A program made the translations under genes and the position numbers. Under the pieces are notes generated by a model, which had not been told where the DNA came from, searched no databases, and saw nothing but the letters and a program-made list of their open reading frames with translations. From NCBI RefSeq assembly GCF_048593235.1, contig NC_133618.1, positions 271,275,882 through 271,339,881 of the forward strand: a stretch of 64,000 nucleotides of DNA, given 5' to 3'. The stretch's first letter is position 1; every line of letters starts with the position of its first letter. Origin of the DNA: Sminthopsis crassicaudata (lineage: Eukaryota). Below are positions 24,001-35,613 of this stretch, piece after piece.

Positions 24001-27000
24001 ACTAAAACTTCAGTTTCTTCAAAAACAAAATATACGCTCCTCAACCAAGAACATGAAGCCCACCTCCCTCCAAAACTAGGCTTGCCCTAATTTTTCAAAC
24101 ATTTCATTGTACTCCCTCCCCCCCATACATTCTCTGATCTGGCCAAGCTAGTCTCCTAGGTAAAATATGTAGATTGTTGATTGTTTTATTTTTGATTTTG
24201 CATGCCCTGCTCCAGAAACATAATTAGTACTTTAATGTTTTAAAAATTCAATTTTTCCACCTGAAATCCATTTCTATTAGTGCAAATCATCAAGGGGATT
24301 CTATTTAAAAGAAAAACACACAATACAAGGAAAGTTTACCTTTGAAATTTGTTCATTTAGATGCTTAGTGGGAAATTCCAACTCAGATGCATTTATTACA
24401 GATTTAGTTTTTAAAACGTAGCTGTAAGAACACAGACATGTCATTAGTATTACTTTCCATTACTTAACAGAGTAGATATATTACAATAACACTACCTACA
24501 AAAACAATTTCTGTGGAGCAAATCCTACATTATTACTGACTATAAAAAAGAGAAGAGAGAAGGGGCTAAGAAACTTGAGATCACATGAAGATAAATTTCT
24601 GTTATGTAATAGATAATAGAATAGTGAAATCCAGATGGGAAATAGCAGGTGGCAGAAATGGAAAGGCAATCAGGTATGGATAATCCCTGGGAACTTCTGA
24701 AAAGAAACCCAAGCCCAATTTGTGGCACCAGGTAAGTGGTCAGTCTTGTTGTTTACTATCAACTCCCAGGCCCTCCCCTCATTCTTGGTCTTTACAGTTT
24801 TCCCTCAATGAAGGTATTCCAAATCCTAAAATTTGCAGTGTCTACTAATACTAGGTAAGTGAAGACTGATTTGGGTATCCTTGTTCCCAAATCCCTAGTA
24901 TGGTTAGTGGGGAGATCTATTTCTGGCATCTCTGAAAGCTATTTCCAATAGAAATACTGGTGATTAGGTTGTACAATACAATAAATTCAGTACCATAATG
25001 ATTCAAACATATTATGGCCTAAATAGGGTGAGGTGGAAACCTCTTCACTATAACACTATGGAAAAATGTCTTTGTGGTTTCAAACAGTTCACTAAGATAG
25101 AAACTTATGTATAAATTGACCTAAGCTTGAACAAAAATTACAAAGCATCTTCCTTTAGTGAGAAGCAGTGTCTTATAGAAAAGCCCTGTTTTGAGAAGAG
25201 GCCTGGATTCCATCATAGACTTTATACCAATTTGCTATATGACCTCTACAAGTCATTTAAACTCTCTGAGATTCAGTTTCTTGAAAAGAACAATATCTAC
25301 TGCAATACCTACTATGGAATTTTTAAGAGGAAGATGTTTTGTAAACCATAAAAATGCAAGTTCAGAAGCTGTCAGATTTAAAGCTAGAAAGAATCCTAGA
25401 ACATTTAAAATAACCCTTTCACTTTACAATCAAACTTGCCTAATTCTGGTTTTTCAATTTAGCTTTTGTTTGTCTCTAAAAATTATAAATGATTATAAAC
25501 TGTAACTGAAGCAATGTATTAATGACAACATACCTACTCAGTTAGTAGTTTTATGAGAAATTATAATTAATTTTAAATGATACTAATGAAGATATGTAAT
25601 ATAAAATATTACATAAGAGAATATAAAGCAGTAGTAATATAAAATCATTAGCAATACTTAATAATTACTTTGTAGCCCTATCCAGTCAGGGTGCTAAATA
25701 AAAGACAGTAAACACTGAGGCACAATGCATCCTCTACATAAAGGCTAGTAAAAACATGAGGATGTATTGACATTGGGTTTGTTTTTTGTTTTTTTGCAAT
25801 GGCTGTCGAGGGGAAGAAGGAAGGGAAGAGTGGTTTTTAATATTTCCTTCCTCATATTACTACTGCCTGTATTTTACTTATTTATTTTGCTGAGTTTCTC
25901 CATCTCACTAAGAGTGGGGTTGAAGTTTTGACCTGCTCTGTTTCTGACCAGCATTGGTTCATCCCTACTTTTAGAGGCTTTTTATTGATGGTGGACATCC
26001 CACTGTTAGCCCTCCTTCAGAGGACCAGCCTCAGAACCTCAAGCTCTAGTGGCAATTATAAATATGTCCTATCATACACTGCTTATGTTTGGCATTTTGA
26101 TAGCTTGTACAATGACCTGGGGAGCTATTTAGTTCTATAAAAATCAGTCCAGTTATTGGTATTGCCCATATTCTATGAGACAACATGGTTCAGATGAATA
26201 AAGTTCTCGCCTTGGAATCAAGAGATGTGGATTTAAATCCTGCCTCAGACTAATTTTATGACTGGGGCAAATCATCTAAGTGGTCAGTCTCAGTTTCTTC
26301 ATCTATAAAATGATCACAATAATACTTGTATTATGTACCTCAAAAATTCATTCTGAAAAAAAGTACTTTGCAAACTTTAAAATACTGAAGTATTTTAACT
26401 GTAACTGTAACTGAAGTGTTACAGAAGCTTCAGTATATCTTATTTTATTAAAACAGAAAGTCAATTCTAATACTCTTATGCCATAGCTGGAGATGATTTT
26501 CTTTTTCTAGACAGGAGACATGCGAATTTTAGAGATTCAAAAGACTTTTTAAAAAAGCCCATCTGACCCAGCCCTGCCAATTTAAAAAGAAACTCAAGAG
26601 ATCCACAGAAGGACTTGCAAAGAAAGGGCCACAGCCCTAATACTTAGGGGAAGAACCAGGATTAAAATCTACTTCTTCTGACTCTCAATTCAGAACTCAT
26701 TAAATGCTTCATTTAATTCTAAATAGAAATTTCATAGTGGCAGAAACGAGAAATTGATAACCAAGTTTCCAGACTATAATACTACCAGATTTTATTATCT
26801 TGAATCCCTTAACGGAAAAATAGAAATCCCATGTTTTTTAATGGATACAAAATAGGATACCACTAAAGAATGGACAGAACAACAACAACAACAAAAAAAT
26901 CTAAAATTTTCTTCTGATTCAATACTTTAGAGCAGTGGTCCTCAAACTTTTTAAATAGGGGGCCAGTTCACTGTCCCTTAGACTGTTGGAGGGCTGCACT

Positions 27001-30000
27001 GTAGTAAAAACAAAAACTCACCCTCTGTCTCCGTCCCTTAGCCCATTTGCTATAACCCAGCAGCCATATAAACATCCTCAACATCCTCAGCAAGCTGCAT
27101 CTGGCCCTCGGGGCCGTAGTTTCAGAACCCCTACTTTAGATCCTAGCTAATACGTTCAAATAGAAACTAACTATGGTGAAAAAAATTCAATGGCTTCTTT
27201 AAAAATAATGATAGCTAACATTTACATAGTACTTTATGATTTACAAAGCACTTCATGTCTTTCACTTCTTTGCACTATTAAACATAACAAAATCTCTTCT
27301 GAATATATTTGTTAAGGAAAGAATTTAGAAATTATTCTGATTGTTTAAATGACCAAGATTTCCTGAATAATTATATTCAGTACTACTCGTCATACTAACA
27401 CCTAGTCCCTGTTCTTAATATTATTCCTACAACAAATCACCCTGATCTCCTGAATATTTTCATATATTTAATAAAGATTAAATTTTACTTACCATACCAT
27501 GCTGTCCTTAAAAAGGCAGAAGAGACCTTTCAAGTCAGAAAAAGTAGCATATGTAGAATAAAGTCTGAAGCCTATAGAAAGCCCACAAGAATGACAAAAT
27601 AAAGGGTTGTAGGTACTGAAAAACAACAAGAAAGATTAGACAAATTGTAGCACAAAAGTTAATCAGTCTCCAGAAGCTACCCAGTTTCCATCGTTCCCTT
27701 CTACCATATACTTCTAGAACAATATTCAAATCACCTTGGTCACTGCTCCTGAACTTCCCTAAGAGTCTACTTGCCATCCTTAAAGTTTTCCAAAGCAAAA
27801 TTTCTCTCTTTTGGCCATCATTTCTTAATATGTGTTCTCTTACTCATTCAAATATAAATTTCAGAAAGCAGGGACTATTTTTGCTATTATGCTTAGCACA
27901 TAATAAGCAAGGAATAGGTGCTTTTTCATTCATTCATCACTATAAAAAACCAGTCAGTCACTAGGCGTTAATAAATTAAGCACAACTTTGTGCCAGGCAT
28001 TGTGTTAAGTGTTAAGGATACAAAGAAAAAAAAGACATTCCCTTCCTACTAGGAGCTCATAATTCTAACAAGGGGGATACATGCAAACAATTTATTCTGA
28101 AAAACAAAACAGGATGAATTGGAAGTAATCAACAGAGGAAAGTCATTGGCATTAAGAGGGGTCAGGAAAGACTTCCAGTAAAAAGTGCTGGAGCTTAAAG
28201 GAAGTCAGGGAAGTCAGGCGGTAGAGAGGTAGAGAGCAGAACAGAAATAATTCCAAATAAGTGGGACAGATAGTTCAAAGATATAGCATCTTTTGGAGGA
28301 ACAGCAAGGAAGCCATATCATCTGGGAAGAGGGCTGTAAGGTAAAAGAAGGCTGAAAAGTTAGGAGACAATTGAGTTATTAAAGGCTATTAATACCGAAG
28401 GATTTACAGTTAATAATGGGGTGATAGGGAGACACTGGAGTTGAGTGGGTGGTAATAAATAGGGTGGTAACATGGTTAGGAAGACCAATTTAATAGGATA
28501 GTTTGGACTGGGGAGTAACTTGAGGCAAGGAGCCCAATTGGAATATTACAACAATAGTTCTGGCATAAGGTGATCCAAAGCCATAGCAGGAAGTATCATA
28601 AGAGAAAAGAGAAACTATTAGGAGAGATGTTAGAAAGTCAAATTCAATAAGATTTGACAACAAACTGGATATGGGAGAGTGAGAGGAAGTGAAAAGCTTG
28701 GTTGGAAAGAATTGTTTAGGAGCCTGAGTGACTAAGAGGATAGTGGTACCCTCAACATTAATAGGGAAATTCAAGGATGGGAAGGATTGAAGGGAAAAGA
28801 TGAATTCAATTTTAAATATGTTGAGTTTAAGATGTCTACCGGATATCCATTTCAAGATGTCCAATGGGTACCTATTAGAGATATTGGACTGAAGATCCAA
28901 AGAAAGGATGTGACTAAATAAATAAATTTAAGAACCAGCAAAATAGAAATAACTAAATCCATAATCTAATCAAATGGTAAAACTAAAACAAACAAAAAAA
29001 CCACTATGAATACTGACTACAAACATCAATCACAAGTGTATTTTAAATTTTTTTTAATCATCATTGAATGTTTTACATGATAGCACATGTATAAACCAGA
29101 TCAAACTGCTTACTTTCTTTGGAAAGGGAAGAAAGAGGGAGAAAAATTTGAACTCAAAATATTGTAAAAAATGGATGCTAAAAATTTTCTTTTAGCGTAT
29201 CTGGGGGAAAATAATAAAATGCTATTATATGAAAAAAATTTAAATAATCATTGGAAATATAAGAAATTATACAGTAACATCAAATACATAAAAGATTTAA
29301 GATCACAAATATTACATGATAAACCTGCTATCATGTGAATTTCTAATAGAAGGAGAAAAAATGAAACCAAATGTCTCCTGATATTGCCAACAGTCTCTTT
29401 CTAGCAGAACTTGGATAATTATAATGAAAATCAACTTTATTTGAATATACTGATAATAATATAGACCAGTAGCATTCAAGACACTCTATAATTTGGCTCT
29501 AAATCATCTTTCAAGTAATATTCCACTCTACTTCCCTTTATACATTCAGCCTAAGTGGACTTAATACGCAGTCTCAGAAACCAATTTGATTCAACAAACA
29601 TTTACGGAACATTTACTATGATCTAGAGATGTAAAACAAAGCAAGCAATTTCTCTGCTCAAATTTAAAATTCTGCTGCATCAAGCAGGTGATAAGTGATT
29701 CCTGCCCAGTCTTCTGATTTGAAGATTTCCAAGAAAGGGAAAACCACCAGATTCTGAGGCAAATGTGGACAGTTTCAATTGTTGGAAAATCATCTCTTAT
29801 CTTAAGTCCGCCTCTGAATTTCTACCTATTGTTTCCACTTCTCCAAAAGAATTATAATTCTTCCATACAACAGCTCTACAAGTCCTAACAACTGTCTTCA
29901 TAAAACCCAAAGTCTTTTGTTCTTTAGGCTAATAGCTCATGGCATAACCTCTGTTCTTTTCAGCCACCTCTGGATATACTTCCAACTTATTTATGTCTTT

Positions 30001-33000
30001 CCTAAAAATGTAAGGACTGGACACAGTCTCTCAAAGATAGTCTGACTACCTGTGCTCTAGGCTTCTCTTAAGGCAACAAAAAGATTTCTAGTCATACATC
30101 TCTGGGGCTAATTTTTGTTTCTCAAATGTAAAACTTCAATCTCAGTTCATCTTATTTATTGGCCTTCAGTCTAATGTATGGATCCTGAATCTGTCATCCA
30201 ATGCAATAGTAATCATTCTAAGCTTTGTGGCATTGACAAATTTAACTACTACAAGTTCCAGGTAAACTCTGATGATCCAGAGTATCCCTTATCAGAGAGC
30301 TCCTCACAGACAAAGTTTAAAAAACAAAGGGGGAGACGGAAGGAGAAAAAAAGGTGGAAAGAGAAGAATATATAAAATGGCACAAAGATTATATAAAATG
30401 TGAAAAAAAATGGGGGAAAATCAATTCTTTTGTTCCAATACATCTAAATATCTTTCATTATAGTTTTATCAAATCAGAAACCACAAACACATTTCAAACA
30501 GTTAGTACCTACCTGCCCAGGAGACCACCTTCAATGCCAATCAGTAAGGACTTATCCAAAATGACATTATTTGTAAGTCCTAGAAAGAGAAACACTAATA
30601 AGAATCTGACTCTCTAGTAGTAATAATTAGATTTCTTCATTTAGTACCTTCTAGCCTGGTTCATCTTTCTCAATAAAACAATAATTATAAAGCTCCATAA
30701 GATGCAAGGTATGGTATATTAGGCCTGGAGATACAAAGAAAAAAAAGGTTCAGGGGGCATATATTCTAATGGAACACAACACATACATAGAGAGAAGTTA
30801 AAAACAAGATAAGCTGAGAAAAGTAACAACACTGTTTATCAAGGAAAGATTCAGAGAAGATGGGTCCTAAACTAACTTGGAAGTTAAAAGCTCTGGGCAG
30901 ACCAAGCTAAGGGTTGAGGATATTCCAGGTAGGGAGAAGGTGCCACGTGAAGGTGAAGAAATGGAAAGTTAAATATGTGAGGAATCTTCACTTTGGTTGG
31001 AATGTAAAGAAATAAGTCTGGAAAGATAGGTTGAAACCAGGGTGTAGCAAGGGAAATGAAAAAGCTGAAGACTTTGCATTTTATCCTAGAGACAATATTG
31101 AGCAAAGGAGTCAGACCTGTATCTAAAGAACACATTGAGTTGGAAGAGTTTAGATGGAAACTATTAGGAAACTTTTGTAAAGAGAAGTGTGTGGGAAAAG
31201 ATTTGAATTAGGATGTCGACTATGAGAAAAGAAAGCAGAGAGAGATGGCAAAGAGGGCGTAGAATGGCTTGGCTCATTAGCTGGGGTGGCAGGGAACAGT
31301 GAGAGAGAAACAGAATCAAGAACTAATCCTAGGGCATACTTTGACATTTTAAGAGAGAACTGGAGAAGAGTGGGAAGTTCCATGTTGAACATATTAGGTC
31401 TGGGGTACCAGATAGCATCTAGGCAATCTCCAGCACGCAGCTGGCCATGCTTGGCTATGACTTCAGGGAGCAGGAGTACTAATGGGCCTCTGGAATATAC
31501 AGACAAGTAGAAAGGACCATCAAAGAACAGAACACAGAGAGGTAAGAGAACAGGGCACAAAACACCACCAGGGAGAACCATATATGGCAAGCCAGAGAAG
31601 GGTCTTGAAATGAAATAAGGAATAGTCTGATTAAAGGTTAAAGAAAAGCAGAGAGAATACCCTAGAAATCAGCAGAGACCCCTCTCCCCCCCACATCTTT
31701 TTCTCTTCCCTCTTTCTCCCTCCATTCGTCTCTTTTCCTTCCTTCATCTTTCTCTCCCCCTTTCTCTTCTCTCTCCCCTCCCCCCCTTCTCTCTCTTCAC
31801 ACTACGGATTTGAAAGTCACATTTCGAAAACATCCTAGATTTATTTTTGCTTTTTCTTTGTATTACCCACGGAATAGCACAGTGCCTGGCAGATAACAAT
31901 ATAATCAATATTTGTTGAGTGGCTGCCAACTCCCACCTATTTGTATGGTGGAACAAGATCATTTTGAGGGTTGAGCAACTAGAAATCCATAACCCACAAC
32001 CCAGAGAGCTTTGGGAAGTCTGCTTGAAGACTCCCAGGTAAACAACCGTGTACAGGACTGGAAAGAAATCCAAACCCTCCATTTTACAAAGGAAGCAAGG
32101 GAAGCTCCAAAAGTGAGGTGCGCAAAGACACAAGAGAAGAAAATGACAGAGGAGGAGAATCTGAGACCCTGAGACCTCTCAGGCTTACGCTGACAAGCTT
32201 AATCAGCACTGATTTCACTGGACTGTCAGGAGAAACAAACGAGATAATACGTGTAAACTGCTTTGCACTTTGAAGCGCTAAGTAAAGGCTAGTTATTTAT
32301 TTTAGGTTTAACCCACTATTATATGGAGCTGGCCCCAGGCCCTAATATTCGTCTGCCCGTAGATCGCTCGGCCTGGGACTGACCCCCCATTCCAGAACTC
32401 CCTCCCCGGCCAGGGCTTCCCCTTGTGAGAGGTTGTCTTCCAGTCATTAAGTATTGCACTAAGCGCCTATTATGTGCCAACCACTGTGCCAAACCCGCTC
32501 CTGTGTGCCGGCGCGGTATCCGCGGTCACCCCGCGCAGCGCCGGCCCCAGGACATCGCGCTCCTCATTCATGCATGGGTTCTTTCGTTCCTTCATCCATT
32601 CACCCCTCGTTCCACAGGGCTGGGGGAGGGGCCGCGCCGCACTCACTGCTGAAGACGAGGATACTCAGGAGACGCGTCTCCTCCCCGCACAGATGCACCG
32701 AGTCTCCCAGCACGGCGGAGCAGCCCACACACTGGAACACCACCAGGTTCTCCAAAAGCCCCGAGTCCCCGGACGCCGGGGGGGCCGCGGGATCCGGAAG
32801 GGCCGAGGGCCCCGGCACGGCCTCGTCTCCGCGGAGTCCTCGGGGACCCAGAGGGCAAGACCTCTTGGCCGCCTGCGTCTCCCACTCCATGGAGGCGAAG
32901 GAGGTATCCTCGCCCACCGATGGCTCGCTGATCTGCCGGCACTCACTAACGGCCTGCGCCTCCAATTCCTCGAAAATCAAGCTGAGCGACTTCTTCCCGG

Positions 33001-33121
33001 ACCTCCGAGGAGCTACGGCCACAGCCCCCTCCTTTTCTTCTTCCTCCTCCTCTTCTTCCGCCTTGTCTTCGGCCTTGACCTCGGCGCGCGGACCCCGCTT
33101 CCGACGCGAAGATCTCCTCAT
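21000..33121 (-). CDS. OIP5: OIP5 / Mis18-beta, complete CDS join(complement 32647-33121, 30513-30579, 27493-27615, 24340-24421, 21000-21098); 846 nt, 281 aa
   Basis: Five GT-AG exons splice in frame (475+67+123+82+99 nt). Peptide carries SMEWETQ, VFQCVGCSAVLGDS, YNPLFCHSCG (paired CxxC of the Yippee/Mis18 domain), CYVLKTK..VINASE and LKEKI, matching recalled human OIP5. Head-to-head with NUSAP1 as in human. Confidence 0.96.
21590..21730 (-). mobile_element. WSINE1-like SINE (diverged)
   Basis: ttaagtggcttgcccaggatcacacagctaggaagtgttaagtgtc antisense signature. Confidence 0.7.
22581..22938. repeat. Perfect 178-bp tandem duplication
   Basis: 22581-22758 is identical to 22759-22936, with TC microhomology at the junction. 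Confidence 0.97.
23050..24130 (+). mobile_element. L2-like remnants
   Basis: Pyrimidine-rich decayed L2 ORF/3' motifs (ctcaacatgtccaaaa, tttcccctctccaatcca); boundaries approximate. Confidence 0.5.
24340..24421 (-). CDS. OIP5: OIP5 coding exon 4 (YVLKTKSVINASELEFPTKHLNEQISK)
   Basis: Acceptor gtgttcttacag, donor AAG|gtaaac, 82 nt. Confidence 0.95.
26175..26390 (+). mobile_element. MIR-like SINE
   Basis: ttaaatcctgcctcag...ggggcaaatc...ctcagtttcttcatctataaaatga core. Confidence 0.6.
26933..27133 (+). mobile_element. Non-autonomous hAT (OposCharlie1/OC1-like) element
   Basis: TIRs CAGTGGTCCTCAAAC ... GTTTCAGAACCCCTA; 8-bp TSD CTTTAGAG / CTTTAGAT. Confidence 0.8.
27493..27615 (-). CDS. OIP5: OIP5 coding exon 3 (TYNPLFCHSCGLSIGFRLYSTYATFSDLKGLFCLFKDSMV-C)
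   Basis: Acceptor ttgtttttcag, donor TG|gtaagt, 123 nt; contains the second CxxC. Confidence 0.96.
27960..28900 (-). mobile_element. L2-like remnants
   Basis: Antisense L2 3' end (aattaagcac..gtgccaggcattgtgttaag) and purine-rich ORF remnant (ttgagtttaagatgtc). Confidence 0.5.
30513..30579 (-). CDS. OIP5: OIP5 coding exon 2 (R-LTNNVILDKSLLIGIEGGLLG-S)
   Basis: Acceptor tctctttctag, donor AG|gtaggt, 67 nt; matches human RVTNNVVLEAPFLVGIEGSLKGS. Confidence 0.95.
32647..33121 (-). CDS. OIP5: OIP5 coding exon 1 (MRRSSRRKRG...SILVFS, phase 1)
   Basis: ATG in gccATGA context at 33121-33119; donor A|GTGAGT after 32647; contains SMEWETQ and CVGC. The start codon choice is inferred. Confidence 0.88.
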
Positions 33122-33497
33122 GGCCGGACCCGGCGCGAGCCGAACCACAAATGCGGATGACCCCCGCGGACGCGGAGGGGAGGGGGCAGTCAATGACGTA
33201 GGGGGGTAGAAGGAAAGAGCATGGGCCTGAAGAAACAAGCCCCAAGCGAGCCGAGCCAATCGCGCTCTCGGGGGGGCGGGGCGAAATCGAGGTCGGCGCT
33301 GCTACTGGCCGAACACGGGGTCTCCGCTCCCCTCACCACTCTCAGCCAATGAGAAGGTGGCATCCCTCAATTTAAACCGTCCGCATAAGTCACAAATAAC
33401 GTTTCCGGGGGCGGCGCGGGAGTTTTGAACTGTAGCTGTCTCGGCTGTTAGACCTCGGGCATCCTGGTAGCGGGAGAGAAGCGGCGGTGAGAGCGGT
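33122..33497. promoter_or_regulatory. Bidirectional OIP5/NUSAP1 cell-cycle promoter (CCAAT boxes, GC box, ETS motif, CDE/CHR elements)
   Basis: CCAAT at 33256-33260 and 33346-33350; GGGGCGGGGC near 33272-33281; TTCCGG at 33403; CGCGG-4nt-TTTGAA at 33415-33429; TTTAAA at 33371-33376. Confidence 0.85.
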
Positions 33498-33590
33498 ATG
33501 GCCTTCCCTCTGGCTGTGGAGTTGGACTCTTTCAAGTACTGCGAGCTGCAGAGCTTGGCCAAGAGCTTGGGCCTCCGCGCCAACCTGCGG
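33498..33590 (+). CDS. NUSAP1: NUSAP1 exon 1 ([31 protein letters not shown])
   Basis: ATG at 33498, donor CGG|gtacga, 93 nt. Confidence 0.95.
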
Positions 33591-35553
33591 GTACGAGGGG
33601 CCGGGCCGCTGCAGGGCTCGGCCAGGGTCGGCGGGTCGGGGCAGATAAGGGCAGGCGGTACTCGAGTGATCTCTAAAACGGATCCTTCCGGCTTCAGTTA
33701 GCTGGGGGGCTGGTTGTGAAATACTTCTTGTGCGTATTTACAGTACAGCTTCATACTCGTTCAATCAGTAACCATTTATCCAATGTCACTACTGTGTGCC
33801 GCGCTGTGCTGAGCGCTGGAAATCAGGCCAACCCGACAGATCAGGCCTGGTGTACTGATGAGCTGATTGTCCAGGCTTTAGAAAGTAGTGGAGAAAAAAA
33901 TGACAAAGATGCTAATTAAAACTTTTCCATGGGTGTATCAAATGTTTGGGGTTTTTTGGAGAAGCAGTTGGACGCTTAGACCCTGAGCTTTCTGCTGGAC
34001 ATGACAGTAGTCTGTCCTCGGAGCTCTGTCTGAGCAGGGAGGTATTCCTGCTTGGGTAGATGAGCTTTTGTGCTCTTGGCAGCCCCAGAACCTGGCATTC
34101 AGTGCTTACTTTATAAGTGTTTATAGACGTGCACACCAGGGTTGTGCAGCTAGAGCTCGTCAGAGTGAGTGTGCAAGGCCACGCAGGGAGTAAGGTGGCA
34201 TTCGAACCCATATTCTTCTATCATCCAGCGCCGCCTTCCAGCCTTACAACCTTGGGAGCTCCTGAAGCCCTTCCTCTAGCTTTGTCCAGCGAAAGGAGGC
34301 CGAGAAGGGGTGGCTGCCAAAGGAGGCTTTTGGGGCAGAGGCCGAGCTAGGGGGATTACAAGAAGTGGTGTGTGATTGGCATGGAACGCTGTTGTGCTGT
34401 AAACAATGACAAGTGGATGGTTTCAGAAAACCTGAGCAGCTTTAAAGTGAAGTGAACAGAGCTAGGAGGACATTGTACACAAGAATAACATTATAAGATG
34501 AACAACTGTGAATGACTTAGCTATTCAGAGCAACACAATGATCCAAGACAATTCTGAAGGACTTATGATGAAAAAAGCTATCCACTTCTAGAGAAAGAAC
34601 TGATGGAGTCTGAGCACTGATCAAAACATACTTTTTAACTTTATTTTTATTGGGGGCAGGAAGGGTCCAGGATCTGTTTTCTTTTTCAATGTGGCTAATG
34701 TGGAAATATGTTTTGCAAGACTTCAAAGATATAATCTATATCAAATTGCCTTCATAAGAAAGGGAGGGGAGGGAAAATGGCATAGAACCTTCCATTTGTT
34801 CCTTGGTGCAGATCTTAAATAGAAAATTAATTGTCTAATGTTTTCTTTCAGATGGCATGCTAGTGATCACTTAATTTCCCCAGATTCCTATAATAGTATA
34901 AACTGATGAATAATTTTTTCTCTTCTCTTTGGGAGGGAAAACCTCTTATAAGAATTATACACAATCAAGCAAAAGAGATTTTTGCATTGACTATGTCCAA
35001 AAAATTTGATTCATTCTATACCCTCTGACCCAGTGGTCCTCAAATTTTTTAAATAGAATACCAGTTCACTGTCCCTCAGATGGTGGGAGGGCCGGACTAT
35101 AGTAAAAACAAAACCTCGGGGGCAGCTAGGTGGCGCAGTGGATAGAGCACCAGCCCTGAATTCAGGAGAACCCGAGTTCAAATCTGGTCTCAGACACTTA
35201 ACACTTCCTGGCTGTGTGACCCTGGGCAAGTCACTTAACCCCCGGCCTCAGAAGAAAGGGGAAAAAAAAAAACCTCACACTCTGACTCCGCCCCTCAGCC
35301 CATTTGCCATAACCTTCGGGCAGTATAAATGTCCTCAGGGGGCCATAGTGTGAGAATCCCTGCCCTGTCACTCTCTATCAGGAGGCAACTAATATATTTT
35401 GTCATAAATCTTATTCAATTGTAATTGGCCCTTGGATTGAACAAAGTTCTTAAGTCTCGAAGTTTTTGTCTTTACAACATAATGTATAAATTTTTCTCCT
35501 ATGCTCATTTCTTTCTTAATACAAGTTTTTCAGATTTCTCTAAATAATCTCCA

Positions 35554-35613
<60 letters not shown>

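Larger units (their letters stand above)
32330..33720. promoter_or_regulatory. CpG island spanning OIP5 exon 1, the shared promoter and NUSAP1 exon 1
   Basis: The only strongly GC- and CpG-rich stretch in an otherwise AT-rich, CpG-depleted window. Confidence 0.92.

Noticed and set aside
32472-33209. 245-aa and 228-aa + strand ORFs overlapping OIP5 exon 1
   Set aside because: Antisense shadows of a GC-rich coding exon and CpG island, where stops are rare; no recognisable protein.
33122-33259. Upstream extension of the OIP5 ORF (MARLAWGLF...) in the ORF track
   Set aside because: Begins at TTG inside a CCAAT box in the promoter; the first in-frame ATG is at 33121.
33591-33701. Continuation of the NUSAP1 exon-1 ORF (VRGAGPLQ...)
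   Set aside because: Intron read-through; homology ends at the donor and resumes at 36437.
35118-35190. tRNA-like A/B-box heads
   Set aside because: Part of tRNA-derived SINEs; no complete cloverleaf tRNA gene seen. No rRNA or CRISPR array in this eukaryotic window.
35011-35229. Recurrent peptide [12 protein letters not shown]... (also at 57633-57839 and 62444-62653) suggesting a gene family
   Set aside because: Translations of repeated SINE copies, not coding.
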